A stretch of 39,320 nucleotides of DNA. It comes from a virus. Under the pieces are notes generated by a model, which made no database searches, was not told where the DNA came from, and saw only the letters and a list, made by a program, of their open reading frames with translations. The stretch lies in the UHGV virus genome UHGV-0083030; one strand, written 5' to 3'. Position 1 is the first letter of the stretch. Each line of letters opens with the position of its first letter. The position numbers were made by a program, and so were the translations under genes. This document shows, piece by piece, positions 7,530 through 15,854 of this stretch.

Positions 7530-8686
7530 ATGAAGAAAAATGGTATCTGAATATTACATATCCGGAATTAAAAGACATTATCCTCGAAAGCATCGCGAAT
7601 ATGACAAGAGAATTTGTGGCTGTGGGGTATTACCTGAAATACGTTCGGGATCATGAGATGTATCTGGCAGATGGGTATGCATCAATCTGGGAATTTGCTG
7701 AGGACCTGTATGGAATCCAGAGATCAACCTGTTCCAGGTGGATGGCGATCAATGACCGGTTTTCGGTCCAGGGTAATTCACCAGTTCTGGATAAGCGATA
7801 TCGGCAATACGGGAAGAGTCAGCTTCAGGAGATGCTGTATCTGGATGATAAGCAGATCGAGGAAGTAAAACCGGATATGACCGTGAAAGATATCCGGGAG
7901 ATCAGGAAACCTGAATCGGTTCCGGAAGTGGTAGAAGTACCAGAGATAAAAGAACCGGATACGGAAGAACAGATTCCCGGCCAGATGAATGTGGAAGATT
8001 ATCCGGAAATCCTGCCAGATGATAAGCCTGAGATGGTTGAGCAAGATGCGATGTGCGACGTCGCACATGATGAGACACCCGAGCTGGTGGAAGATGTGGT
8101 GATCGAGCCGGTAGCTGAAGTGATAGAAGAATCAGATCCAGTGGAACTGTATGAGGAGACATCTGGCAAGAGTGATCTCGAGATTGCCAGGGAAGAGAAT
8201 GAAAAGGCTCGGAGATATCTGGAGATGGCTAAGGAAGAATTTGGTCCGAATGATATCAGGATCAGAAAGCAAAAAATTTTGATTGCAGCACTGGCAGGAT
8301 ATATCTGTGAGATGGATGCAATTGAGAATCCACCAGAAGAACCGGAACAGCCGGAACTTCCGAAACTTAGGAATAACGATCAGCGGAAAGACTGGCTGAA
8401 AAATTATAAGACCTGGGGATTATGGTACCGGGATGAGAACATTGATGTGAATTATTACAAGTATGATTTTGAAGATGGCAGCCGGCTGGTGGTAGCAGAG
8501 TATCCTCAGAGAGAACAAGCTTGGAAATGCGTGCCTCGTGATGAGCATCACTACCATCTGTTGGAGAAGGGAAAGAGAAAAGCCGGCACAAGAAATGAGA
8601 CTTATGATCAGCAGTATATACACTACGCAGAGAGTGAAACATACCTGATAGAATTCCTGAAGAACTTGCAGAAGGGAGAACGATAA
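7526..8686 (+). CDS. Putative DNA-binding protein with N-terminal HTH-like domain and long acidic linker (possible origin-binding/replisome-organiser or regulator)
   Basis: Start set to ATG 7526 (GGAGGG 7 nt upstream, ATGA overlap with previous stop) in the frame of track ORF 7472-8686; N-terminal YYLKYVRDHEMY...GYASIWEFAEDLYGIQRSTCSRWMAIN looks HTH-like; a D/E/P-rich low-complexity middle; lies immediately downstream of the iteron array. Confidence 0.55.
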   Translation: MNEEKWYLNITYPELKDIILESIANMTREFVAVGYYLKYVRDHEMYLADGYASIWEFAEDLYGIQRSTCSRWMAINDRFSVQGNSPVLDKRYRQYGKSQLQEMLYLDDKQIEEVKPDMTVKDIREIRKPESVPEVVEVPEIKEPDTEEQIPGQMNVEDYPEILPDDKPEMVEQDAMCDVAHDETPELVEDVVIEPVAEVIEESDPVELYEETSGKSDLEIAREENEKARRYLEMAKEEFGPNDIRIRKQKILIAALAGYICEMDAIENPPEEPEQPELPKLRNNDQRKDWLKNYKTWGLWYRDENIDVNYYKYDFEDGSRLVVAEYPQREQAWKCVPRDEHHYHLLEKGKRKAGTRNETYDQQYIHYAESETYLIEFLKNLQKGER

Positions 8687-8862
8687 TGGGAATGGATTTT
8701 AATTTTTCCGAGGGCTTCATGCATGATTTGATGGAAATCCTGAAAGAATGCGACAAGCGGAATGAAAGCGGTGGGCGCTTAACGTTTGCTTTTGGAGAAG
8801 ATATCCTGAACGTAGACATTGAGTTCTTGGTTGAAGAAAAAGCGGAAGAGGTGGACGCATGA
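8686..8862 (+). CDS. Hypothetical 58-aa protein (MGMDFNFSEGFMHDLMEILKECDKRNESGG...)
   Basis: ATG 8686 overlaps the TAA of the preceding gene; GGGAG upstream; its stop overlaps the next ATG (ATGA); below track cutoff. Confidence 0.4.
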   Translation: MGMDFNFSEGFMHDLMEILKECDKRNESGGRLTFAFGEDILNVDIEFLVEEKAEEVDA

Positions 8863-9137
8863 GTTGGATAAGAGAAAGCAGTAGAACAGGAGCACTGGAA
8901 GCATTTTTGAAAGGGGGAAAGGTGCTAGTGCTTACGGAGTTTGATGATGGGAGCGTTGCAATCCAGAGATTGGAAGAATTATTACCGGAAGACACAAGGT
9001 ATCTGGTGGATGCAGTGCCGGCGGTAGAAAATCCGGAATTTAAACAGAAGACAATTGAAGAAATGGTGGAGCAGAAGACGGAGGAACTGACAGAAGAAAG
9101 TATTGTCCCCCAGATACGTCGGAGGAGCCAGAGATGA
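8859..9137 (+). CDS. Hypothetical 92-aa protein
   Basis: ORF in a translationally coupled chain. Confidence 0.5.
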   Translation: MSWIRESSRTGALEAFLKGGKVLVLTEFDDGSVAIQRLEELLPEDTRYLVDAVPAVENPEFKQKTIEEMVEQKTEELTEESIVPQIRRRSQR

Positions 9138-9502
9138 AGCCAAAAAGAAAATCAATCCCTCTGCCAGAGAGTGAGAATGAAAAGCGCAGAACCATAATTG
9201 GAGAACTGGTGGAGCAAGGCTACCAGAACAAGGAGATCGCAGAGAAGACAGGGATCCCTGTTGGTTCAGTCGCTCGTTACGCGACCGCGTTCCGGAAACA
9301 GAAAAAGGAAGCGGAGAAAGGAAAAACCGGAAAGAATGCGGATCGGCATCTGTGTATGTCCTGCAAGTACCGAAGCGCACGTACAGAAGTCAATGGATGT
9401 GACTATGCAGGGATTATGGAGCACAGCCGAGGATGCACAGTAGAAGAGTGCACGGTGTATGAAAAGGGAGCAAGGTTGAAGATGAAGGAGTGGAACGAAT
9501 GA
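9134..9502 (+). CDS. HTH protein with C-terminal Cys-rich (putative zinc-binding) region
   Basis: 122 aa; GYQNKEIAEKTGIPVGSVARY is an HTH; CMSCKYRS...NGCDYAG...RGCTVEEC cysteine cluster; ATGA overlap with previous gene. Confidence 0.55.
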   Translation: MKPKRKSIPLPESENEKRRTIIGELVEQGYQNKEIAEKTGIPVGSVARYATAFRKQKKEAEKGKTGKNADRHLCMSCKYRSARTEVNGCDYAGIMEHSRGCTVEECTVYEKGARLKMKEWNE

Positions 9503-9747
9503 GCAGAATGATTAGCGTGGACGGATTGGTACATGGACTGTCAGCAGACTATATGACCGGGAAAAAGACACTGCTGCAGGTGATTGATGAGCAGCCAACA
9601 GCGTTTGACCGGTATGCGGTGATCGAGCAGCTGAAGGAGAAAAGCCGGTATGCGAGGATTATCGGAGAGGACAAGCCTTGTGAGCTGCTGAAGCTGGCAG
9701 AGGTGATTGAGATCGTGGAAGGTGGAGGAGTAGATGGGAAAGGTTGA
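9499..9747 (+). CDS. Hypothetical 82-aa protein
   Basis: Start placed at ATG 9499 (GGAG 8 nt upstream, ATGA overlap) in the frame of track ORF 9490-9747. Confidence 0.5.
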   Translation: MSRMISVDGLVHGLSADYMTGKKTLLQVIDEQPTAFDRYAVIEQLKEKSRYARIIGEDKPCELLKLAEVIEIVEGGGVDGKG

Positions 9748-10117
9748 TGAGTATACATCCGGTAGGATGCAGGGACTACTACAGGCAAGAGACCTTGTGA
9801 AAGCCGGAGGATTGGAAGAACTGGACAAGGAAATCAAATTCCGGAATATGACAGGAATCAATACCGCGTTGACCAGAAAAGAGCTGGATAAAGCCTGTGA
9901 CAAGATCAAGGCAATGACACTGGATACCATGCTTGTGATCGGAGTGGCAACGCTGCATGATGAGTTTGGTTTTGGCGAGAAAAGGTGTCAGCGGTTTATC
10001 GAGAGGGTGAACCTTAAGGCAGATTGCCTGATGAGTGATATGGCAACGTGGACGGATTACATTGAGATGATCCGGGAAGAAATAGGAATTGATATGGTGA
10101 TCAGGAGGAATGATTGA
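9734..10117 (+). CDS. Hypothetical 127-aa protein
   Basis: GGAGGAG RBS before ATG 9734. Confidence 0.55.
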   Translation: MGKVDEYTSGRMQGLLQARDLVKAGGLEELDKEIKFRNMTGINTALTRKELDKACDKIKAMTLDTMLVIGVATLHDEFGFGEKRCQRFIERVNLKADCLMSDMATWTDYIEMIREEIGIDMVIRRND

Positions 10118-10488
10118 TGAGGGAAGAGATGAAGCTCGTACAGAACGATGCTGGTAAGTGGGAAGCATATGATGATACTTATGACATCACGATTCATTGC
10201 GAATCAGAAGAAGAACAGGAAAAAGCGTTAAGCATGTTGAAAAACATTCAGTGGATTCCGATAACTGAGCGAACACCAGAGGATGAAAGTTATATCCTTG
10301 TATCATTTGAGAACTATACAGGACTGGATATCGCAAGATACGAAGAAGATGATGAGGGAGGCAGGTTCTATCCGGGCGATGATGACGAGGCTTATTCGAA
10401 GTGCGGGATCTATGTGAATGCTTGGATGCCACTGCCGGAACCGTACCGCGAAGTAACTGATGAGGATAACCTGGAATCAAGGAGGTAG
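10117..10488 (+). CDS. DUF551-like phage protein
   Basis: Start ATG 10117 (AGGAGG 8 nt upstream); WIPITERTPEDESYILVSF...YVNAWMPLPEPY resembles the W.P..E.lP repeats of DUF551. Confidence 0.6.
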   Translation: MREEMKLVQNDAGKWEAYDDTYDITIHCESEEEQEKALSMLKNIQWIPITERTPEDESYILVSFENYTGLDIARYEEDDEGGRFYPGDDDEAYSKCGIYVNAWMPLPEPYREVTDEDNLESRR

Positions 10489-10494
10489 ATATGA

Positions 10495-10737
10495 TTGCGA
10501 GGACGAGACAAGAAAACAAAGGCATATGATAAACTCCGCAATGACGATGTCTTTGAAAAGAGAGTAGACGAGGCAGCCAGAGAACGGTTTCGCAGACCGG
10601 CATATCAGGCAGGGAGTATGGTGCAGGCGCAGGGGAGACAACTGGAGCACCGGACGCTGATCGAGTACATGGCAGAGCGGTGTGATATTAAGGCGGACTT
10701 GGAGGAAGAGACCGATGGAAAGAAACATTCTGGTTGA
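10495..10737 (+). CDS. Doubtful 80-aa ORF with TTG start
   Basis: Only a TTG start; overlaps the following regulator gene; may be non-coding leader. Confidence 0.15.
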   Translation: MRGRDKKTKAYDKLRNDDVFEKRVDEAARERFRRPAYQAGSMVQAQGRQLEHRTLIEYMAERCDIKADLEEETDGKKHSG

Positions 10738-11209
10738 GTATGCAGACATGTTGGAAGAAATCAAAGACTTGCGGAGAAGAATTCAGGAAGATCAGAAAAA
10801 GATCGATCAGCTGAGTCAGACCATTGTTTCGGACTCTGTGACTTGTGGGAAGAAAGGAAAGAAGCCGCTGCGGACGGTCAAGATCAAAGGTTTTCCCAAC
10901 ATGGAGATCAATCGCCGGATCGGACTTCTGAAGAAGCGGAAAGCCAAGATGATGCTTCTGGAGAGTGACCTGTTGGAAAAGCAGATCCAGGTGGAGGAGT
11001 ACATAGACGGAATTGACAAGAGTGAGCTGCGGATGATGTTCCGGTTGTATTATCTGGATAATCTGACCTACGCAAAGGTAGCAATGCAGATGAATCAGAT
11101 CCATCCCAAGCGCAGAATCAAGTACACGGACGAGAACGTAAAGAAGAAAATGCAAAGATTTTTGAAAAAGTTTGAAAATGTCCCCCAATGTCCCGATGAA
11201 TCGTGCTAG
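10715..11209 (+). CDS. Putative late-gene transcriptional activator (sigma-70 region-4-like HTH; ArpU/RinA/DUF1492-like)
   Basis: Start set to ATG 10715 (MERNILVEY; GGAGGAAG upstream) in the frame of track ORF 10682-11209; C-terminal SELRMMFRLYYLDNLTYAKVAMQMN resembles sigma70 region 4; position just upstream of the packaging module. Confidence 0.6.
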   Translation: MERNILVEYADMLEEIKDLRRRIQEDQKKIDQLSQTIVSDSVTCGKKGKKPLRTVKIKGFPNMEINRRIGLLKKRKAKMMLLESDLLEKQIQVEEYIDGIDKSELRMMFRLYYLDNLTYAKVAMQMNQIHPKRRIKYTDENVKKKMQRFLKKFENVPQCPDESC

Positions 11210-11293
11210 TATGTTAAAAAGCCAAAAATTTCATAGATGAGAAGCTCTCAGAAGAAGGTGATCCGAAAGGGTTGCCTTTTTCTATTGGAGTGA

Positions 11294-11935
11294 ATGGGAG
11301 GCGAGGATGTGCAGGAAAGGACTTTTGAAAATCAGCAAAAGATGATATTTGATGGCATGGGAGAATTTCAGATTCCGGAGATTGAACCTACACATTTTGA
11401 ACCTTGTGATTTCATTTCTTTCAATTATGCAAAGAGCTGCAAGGAGCGACAAAATAAAGGCTGCCATTTCTTTATTGATGACTATCAGTTTCAAAGATTG
11501 TGGAATCAGCCGGACAAGTATCTCGATATGCTGATGGAGTTTAGATATGTATGCAGTCCGGATTTTAGTACCTATACAGATTTTCCGAAGGCATTGCAGA
11601 TATATAATCATTTTCGAAAACACTGGATAGGAGCTTACCTGCAAATGTACGGAGTGGATGTGATCCCGACGATCAGCTGGAGTACAGAAGAATCGTTTGA
11701 GTGGTGCTTTGATGGAGAACCTGTTGGCGGAGTCGTTGCGGTTTCCAGTGTGGGAACGCAGAACAGCAGAATAAAAAGGGAGTTGTTTATACGAGGCTAT
11801 AAAGAAATGGTCAGACGCTTGCAGCCGGAGACGATTATCTTTTACGGCAATGTTCCGGAGGAATGCACAGAAAATATTGTGCGGATTAAGGCATTCAGTG
11901 AGAAATTTAACGAGGCGAGATGCAATGGGTGGTAG
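11294..11935 (+). CDS. DUF4417-like phage protein
   Basis: 213 aa; resembles DUF4417 proteins found near terminase genes; alternative start ATG 11342 is coupled (ATGA) to a 12-codon mini-ORF (11307-11345) that has an ideal GGGAGG RBS. Confidence 0.5.
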   Translation: MGGEDVQERTFENQQKMIFDGMGEFQIPEIEPTHFEPCDFISFNYAKSCKERQNKGCHFFIDDYQFQRLWNQPDKYLDMLMEFRYVCSPDFSTYTDFPKALQIYNHFRKHWIGAYLQMYGVDVIPTISWSTEESFEWCFDGEPVGGVVAVSSVGTQNSRIKRELFIRGYKEMVRRLQPETIIFYGNVPEECTENIVRIKAFSEKFNEARCNGW

Positions 11936-12317
11936 AGGATCATCAAGCGGAATGAGTGACAGCGGAAAGAAGTATGGCACGGAGTATACGACATTGTATC
12001 AATCTGGGAATATAAAATTTGTCAGGTATAAAAATGGCTCAGCAACTGCTCCGGTGGAAACAATGACGAAAGGTCGAGTATATGTTACGGTAAATGCTAA
12101 AGATAAAATAAAAAGCATAACCTATTATGACAAGCATAACAAACATTATAAACAGATTGATATAGGACATTCACACAAAGTTCAGGGAATAAAGAAAGAT
12201 CCTCATACTCATAGAGGGTATATACATGATGAAAAAGGGACATATGATGTTAGTCCAAAAGAAAGGAAAATGATTGATAGGGTGCAAAAAGCATGGTATT
12301 ATCATAATAACAGGTAG
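11925..12317 (+). CDS. Hypothetical Gly/Ser-rich N-terminus protein (MGGRGSSSG...KAWYYHNNR), paralog A
   Basis: Start ATG 11925 (GAGG upstream; overlaps stop of DUF4417 gene) in the frame of track ORF 11850-12317; followed by intrinsic terminator 12384-12410. Confidence 0.55.
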   Translation: MGGRGSSSGMSDSGKKYGTEYTTLYQSGNIKFVRYKNGSATAPVETMTKGRVYVTVNAKDKIKSITYYDKHNKHYKQIDIGHSHKVQGIKKDPHTHRGYIHDEKGTYDVSPKERKMIDRVQKAWYYHNNR

Positions 12318-12383
12318 TAGTTTAGGAAGGAGAACGCGTAGCGATACGAGGCTCCGGTGGTCAATCCGGACACCTGTTTAGAA

Positions 12384-12410
12384 GAGATCCAGAGATGGGT
12401 CTCTTTTTGT
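12384..12410 (+). terminator. Rho-independent terminator (GAGAUCC-agagau-GGGUCUC + UUUUUGU)
   Basis: 7-bp stem with one G-U pair, 6-nt loop, T5 tract; directly after paralog A. Confidence 0.55.
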
Positions 12411-12430
12411 ATGCAGAAATGGAGGTAATT

Positions 12431-12794
12431 ATGGGAGGAAGAGGCGGATCCTCAAAAGGCGGAAACTCAGGAACAGGGGGGGGCGAAGTGGTCTGGCGTC
12501 AGTATAACACGTGATGGAGAGACAACAGATTATTATTTCACCAAAAAGGGAAATCAGAATTATTACAGGAGAGGAGCTGGCGGAATGCCGGAGCCTACAC
12601 CGTTGAATATGTCAAAAACAGAATTCGTGAAAAGAAGTAAAGCTTCCGGAAGTACAGTGAAAGCAATTACGAAGTCGGAGCAGGCAAAGAAAGAGGCGGC
12701 ATACAAAGAAGATCGAAGGGAGACGAATGATTTTCTAAATAAAGCGTGGTATCATGCTGGCCCAAGACCGAGAAAAGGATGGAAAGGTCACTGA
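12431..12794 (+). pseudogene. Paralog B of the MGGRG gene, split by a frameshift at a G8 homopolymer (12476-12483); a G7 state would give a 121-aa ORF
   Basis: ATG 12431 with GGAGG 5 nt upstream; as written it encodes 27 aa (MGGRGGSSKGGNSGTGGGEVVWRQYNT); minus one G it joins track ORF 12585-12794 in frame (ending ...NKAWYHAGPRPRKGWKGH). It shares the N-terminal MGGRG and the C-terminal KAWY motif with paralog A. Confidence 0.45.
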
Positions 12795-12828
12795 TAGTAT
12801 TAGGAAAATAATTGAGGAGGTGAGTCTG

Positions 12829-13221
12829 ATGACAGCATTGAAAAATGCAAGGCATGAAAAATATGTGCAAAACTTAATAGCAGGAATGAGCCAGCGTCAG
12901 GCTTACATAGAGGCGTTCCCGCACTCCAAGAAGTGGAAAGATGCGACCGTAGACAGCAAGGCGAGCGTGCTTCTATCTGGAAAGGTTTTGGAAAGGTATA
13001 ACGAAATTCAGGAAGAGCAGAAAAAGGAGGCTCTTTTGACACGTTGGGAGAAGAGGAAGATACTTGCTGATCTTGCAAGGAATGAGGAGAATACACCGTC
13101 TGACAGGACGAAAGCAATTGACACGGATAATAAGATGGAGAATGAATACGTAAACAAGGTGGAAATATCCCGGCCTGTGGATGATACGATAAAGGAATTG
13201 GAAGAGTATTTCAGTGGATAG
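12829..13221 (+). CDS. terS: Terminase small subunit
   Basis: Start ATG 12829 (GAGGAGG 8 nt upstream) in the frame of track ORF 12754-13221; HEKYVQNLIAGMSQRQAYIEAF matches the terminase small subunit HTH pattern (..F..EYL..G.N.TQAAI.AGYS); directly upstream of TerL. Confidence 0.65.
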   Translation: MTALKNARHEKYVQNLIAGMSQRQAYIEAFPHSKKWKDATVDSKASVLLSGKVLERYNEIQEEQKKEALLTRWEKRKILADLARNEENTPSDRTKAIDTDNKMENEYVNKVEISRPVDDTIKELEEYFSG

Positions 13222-14485
13222 GGAAGAAATAAAAAAGCTTATAAAAAATGAGCCGTACAAAATAGGGCATTTCGTTGGATTCAAAGACCTAACTGTTCTG
13301 CATAATGAGTGGCTAAGGTCTTTTTTGTATGCAGATAAAGACCAGACGATTCTTGCGCACCGTGGGTCTTATAAGACAACAGATTTGTCACTATTCCTCG
13401 CAATCCATACAGTCATTAAACCGAATGAGAATGTAATGTTCTTTCGAAAAACGGACACGGACGTCAGCGAGGTGATCCGGCAGACTCAAAAGATTTTGCA
13501 CAGTGGCTGCATGCAGGAGATTGCGTCGGTACTGTACTATGGCCGAGATATCAAATTTTTAAAGGAAACAGATTCTGAAATACATACAGACTTATGCACA
13601 TCCACAAAAGGTGCAAGTCAGATAGTTGGGCTTGGTATCGGAACTTCTATCACAGGAAAGCATGCGGACGTTGTTGTGACAGACGATATTGTGAACCTGA
13701 AAGACCGTATCAGTAAAGCGGAGCGGGAGCGTACAAAAATTCAGTATATGGAACTCCAGAATATCTGCAACCGTGGCGGAAGATTCATCAATACGGGAAC
13801 GCCCTGGCATAAAGAGGATGCCATTTCCTTTATGCCGAATGTGAGGAGATATGATTGTTATTCTACGGGGCTGATCACGCGGGAAAAACTGGAAGAACTG
13901 CGGCAGTCCATGAGCGACAGCCTGTTTGCGGCAAACTATGAGCTGAAGCATATCGCAGATAAAGACGCAATGTTTAAAGAGCCGAAGTTTACCACAGAAA
14001 CAGAACTGATTTACGGCGGGATTGCTCATATAGATGCTGCCTATGACGGTGAGGACGGCACAGCGTTCACCATTCTGCATGAGCTGAGGGATGGCCGCAT
14101 CGTTGGATTTGGAAAACGGTGGGATAAGCACGTAGATGATTGCCTGACTGAAATCGGCATGTACCACAAAGAGCTGTGGGCAGGAATGATTGAGTGTGAG
14201 GATAATGCAGACAAGGGTTATCTCCGGAAAGAAATTAGCAAAAGGGGGATTCCGGTGCATGGATATCACGAAAGCATGAACAAATTTGTGAAGATATCCA
14301 CGTATTTGAGGAAGAACTGGAGGCGGATTATCTGGCTGGAGGATACGGACCCGGAATACATCAATGAAATTCTGGACTATAACGAGTTTGCTGACCATGA
14401 CGATTCGCCGGACAGTGCTGCGAGCCTACTTAGGCACATGGAAAGCAGGCCAAGGCTGAACAGAAATATCAAGGGAGGGCTGTAA
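13214..14485 (+). CDS. terL: Terminase large subunit
   Basis: 423 aa; Walker A-like AHRGSYKTT, Walker B VVVTDD, C-terminal nuclease-like region; GTG start overlapping terS end; followed by portal. Confidence 0.85.
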   Translation: MDREEIKKLIKNEPYKIGHFVGFKDLTVLHNEWLRSFLYADKDQTILAHRGSYKTTDLSLFLAIHTVIKPNENVMFFRKTDTDVSEVIRQTQKILHSGCMQEIASVLYYGRDIKFLKETDSEIHTDLCTSTKGASQIVGLGIGTSITGKHADVVVTDDIVNLKDRISKAERERTKIQYMELQNICNRGGRFINTGTPWHKEDAISFMPNVRRYDCYSTGLITREKLEELRQSMSDSLFAANYELKHIADKDAMFKEPKFTTETELIYGGIAHIDAAYDGEDGTAFTILHELRDGRIVGFGKRWDKHVDDCLTEIGMYHKELWAGMIECEDNADKGYLRKEISKRGIPVHGYHESMNKFVKISTYLRKNWRRIIWLEDTDPEYINEILDYNEFADHDDSPDSAASLLRHMESRPRLNRNIKGGL

Positions 14486-14486
14486 G

Positions 14487-15854
14487 ATGCAGAACTTATA
14501 TAGACTGCCGTCAGAGGAAGAACTGACGGACAACAAACTGAATGAATTTATTGCCAGGCATGCTGCTGAATGTTCCTTCCGGTACAGACAGTTGCAAGAT
14601 GCCTACGAAACGGAGTATCCAATCTTCTTAGAACCGGCAAAGCCAAAATGGAAACCGGACAATCGGATTGCTGTGAATTTTGCCAAGTATATCGTGGATA
14701 CGATGAATGGGTTCTTTATCGGGCATCCGATCAAGCTGCAGGTGGATGATGACGATGAGGCCGTCAAGAACTATGTGGAACTGCTGGATCAGTACAACGA
14801 TCAGGATGACAACAATGCGGAGTTGTCTAAGATCTGCAGCATCTTTGGAAAAGGGTATGAAATGTATTACGTGGATGAAGAGAGCAACATCTGCATCACT
14901 TATTTGAGCCCGATGGATGCTTTTATGGTCTATGACGATTCTGTTTTGCAGAAAGAGCGTTATTTCGTGAGGTTGTACGTCGATGCAGATCAGATTCTGC
15001 ACGGCAGCCTGTCTGACGAAGAAAAAGTACGCTGGTTCACAATCAAAGGTAAGCTTGTCTGGGATGAAGATGAGAAGCTGCATGGCTTTGATGGAGTGCC
15101 TGCTACAGAATATGTGGAGAACAAGGAGCGAATGGGAATCTTCGAGCCGGTGCTGACGATGATTAATGCTTATAACAAGGCAATCAGCGAAAAAGCAAAT
15201 GATGTGGACTATTTTGCGGATGCCTACCTGAAGATCTTAGGACCTCCGTTAGACGAAGATGAACTGAAGCATGTAAGAGATGACCGAATCATCAATTTTG
15301 ACGGAGATGCGGAGCAGGTGATTGTGGATTTCTTACAGAAGCCGGACGGAGACACAACGCAGGAACATCTGATTGATCGATTAGAGAAGCTTATCTTCCA
15401 GATTAGCATGGTTGCGAATATTTCGGATGAGAACTTCGGAACGAGCTCTGGAATTGCTATGAAGTATAAGCTGCAGGCCATGAGCAACTTGGAAAAGACC
15501 AAGGAGCGGAAATTCACTTCCGGAATGAACCGGAGATACCGGCTAATCTTTTCAAATCCGGTCTCTGGAATGAAAAAAGATGCCTGGGTGAAGATTCATC
15601 CGCATTTCACACCGAACTTCCCGGCAAACCTGCAGGAAGAAGCTGAAATTGCAAGGAATATAGATGGACTTGTGAGTCAGGAGACGCAGTTGGGTGTTCT
15701 TTCGATTGTAGATAACACAACGGAAGAGATCAAAAGAATGGATGATGAGAAGAAAGAGAGTTCCGGAACTTCTGATCTGACGAGGTTGTTCGGATTGAAT
15801 AACGATGGAACCGGTGGTGATGGAGATGGCACAGAAAATCGTACAGAAGAGTAA
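14487..15854 (+). CDS. Portal protein (SPP1 gp6-like)
   Basis: 455 aa; size, position after TerL and before MuF; acidic C-terminus; GGAGGG RBS. Confidence 0.8.
   Translation: MQNLYRLPSEEELTDNKLNEFIARHAAECSFRYRQLQDAYETEYPIFLEPAKPKWKPDNRIAVNFAKYIVDTMNGFFIGHPIKLQVDDDDEAVKNYVELLDQYNDQDDNNAELSKICSIFGKGYEMYYVDEESNICITYLSPMDAFMVYDDSVLQKERYFVRLYVDADQILHGSLSDEEKVRWFTIKGKLVWDEDEKLHGFDGVPATEYVENKERMGIFEPVLTMINAYNKAISEKANDVDYFADAYLKILGPPLDEDELKHVRDDRIINFDGDAEQVIVDFLQKPDGDTTQEHLIDRLEKLIFQISMVANISDENFGTSSGIAMKYKLQAMSNLEKTKERKFTSGMNRRYRLIFSNPVSGMKKDAWVKIHPHFTPNFPANLQEEAEIARNIDGLVSQETQLGVLSIVDNTTEEIKRMDDEKKESSGTSDLTRLFGLNNDGTGGDGDGTENRTEE

Noticed and set aside
10495-10737. 80-aa ORF with TTG start
   Set aside because: Only non-ATG start, no convincing RBS, overlaps the better-supported regulator gene; kept only as a very low-confidence feature
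13310-13335. Third copy of the ...TCTTTTTTGTATGCAG... terminator-like motif
   Set aside because: Lies inside the terL coding sequence and shares only a 12-mer; expected by chance in 39 kb
13592-14398. 268-aa minus-strand ORF
   Set aside because: Antisense to the terminase large subunit; no RBS or domain; shadow ORF
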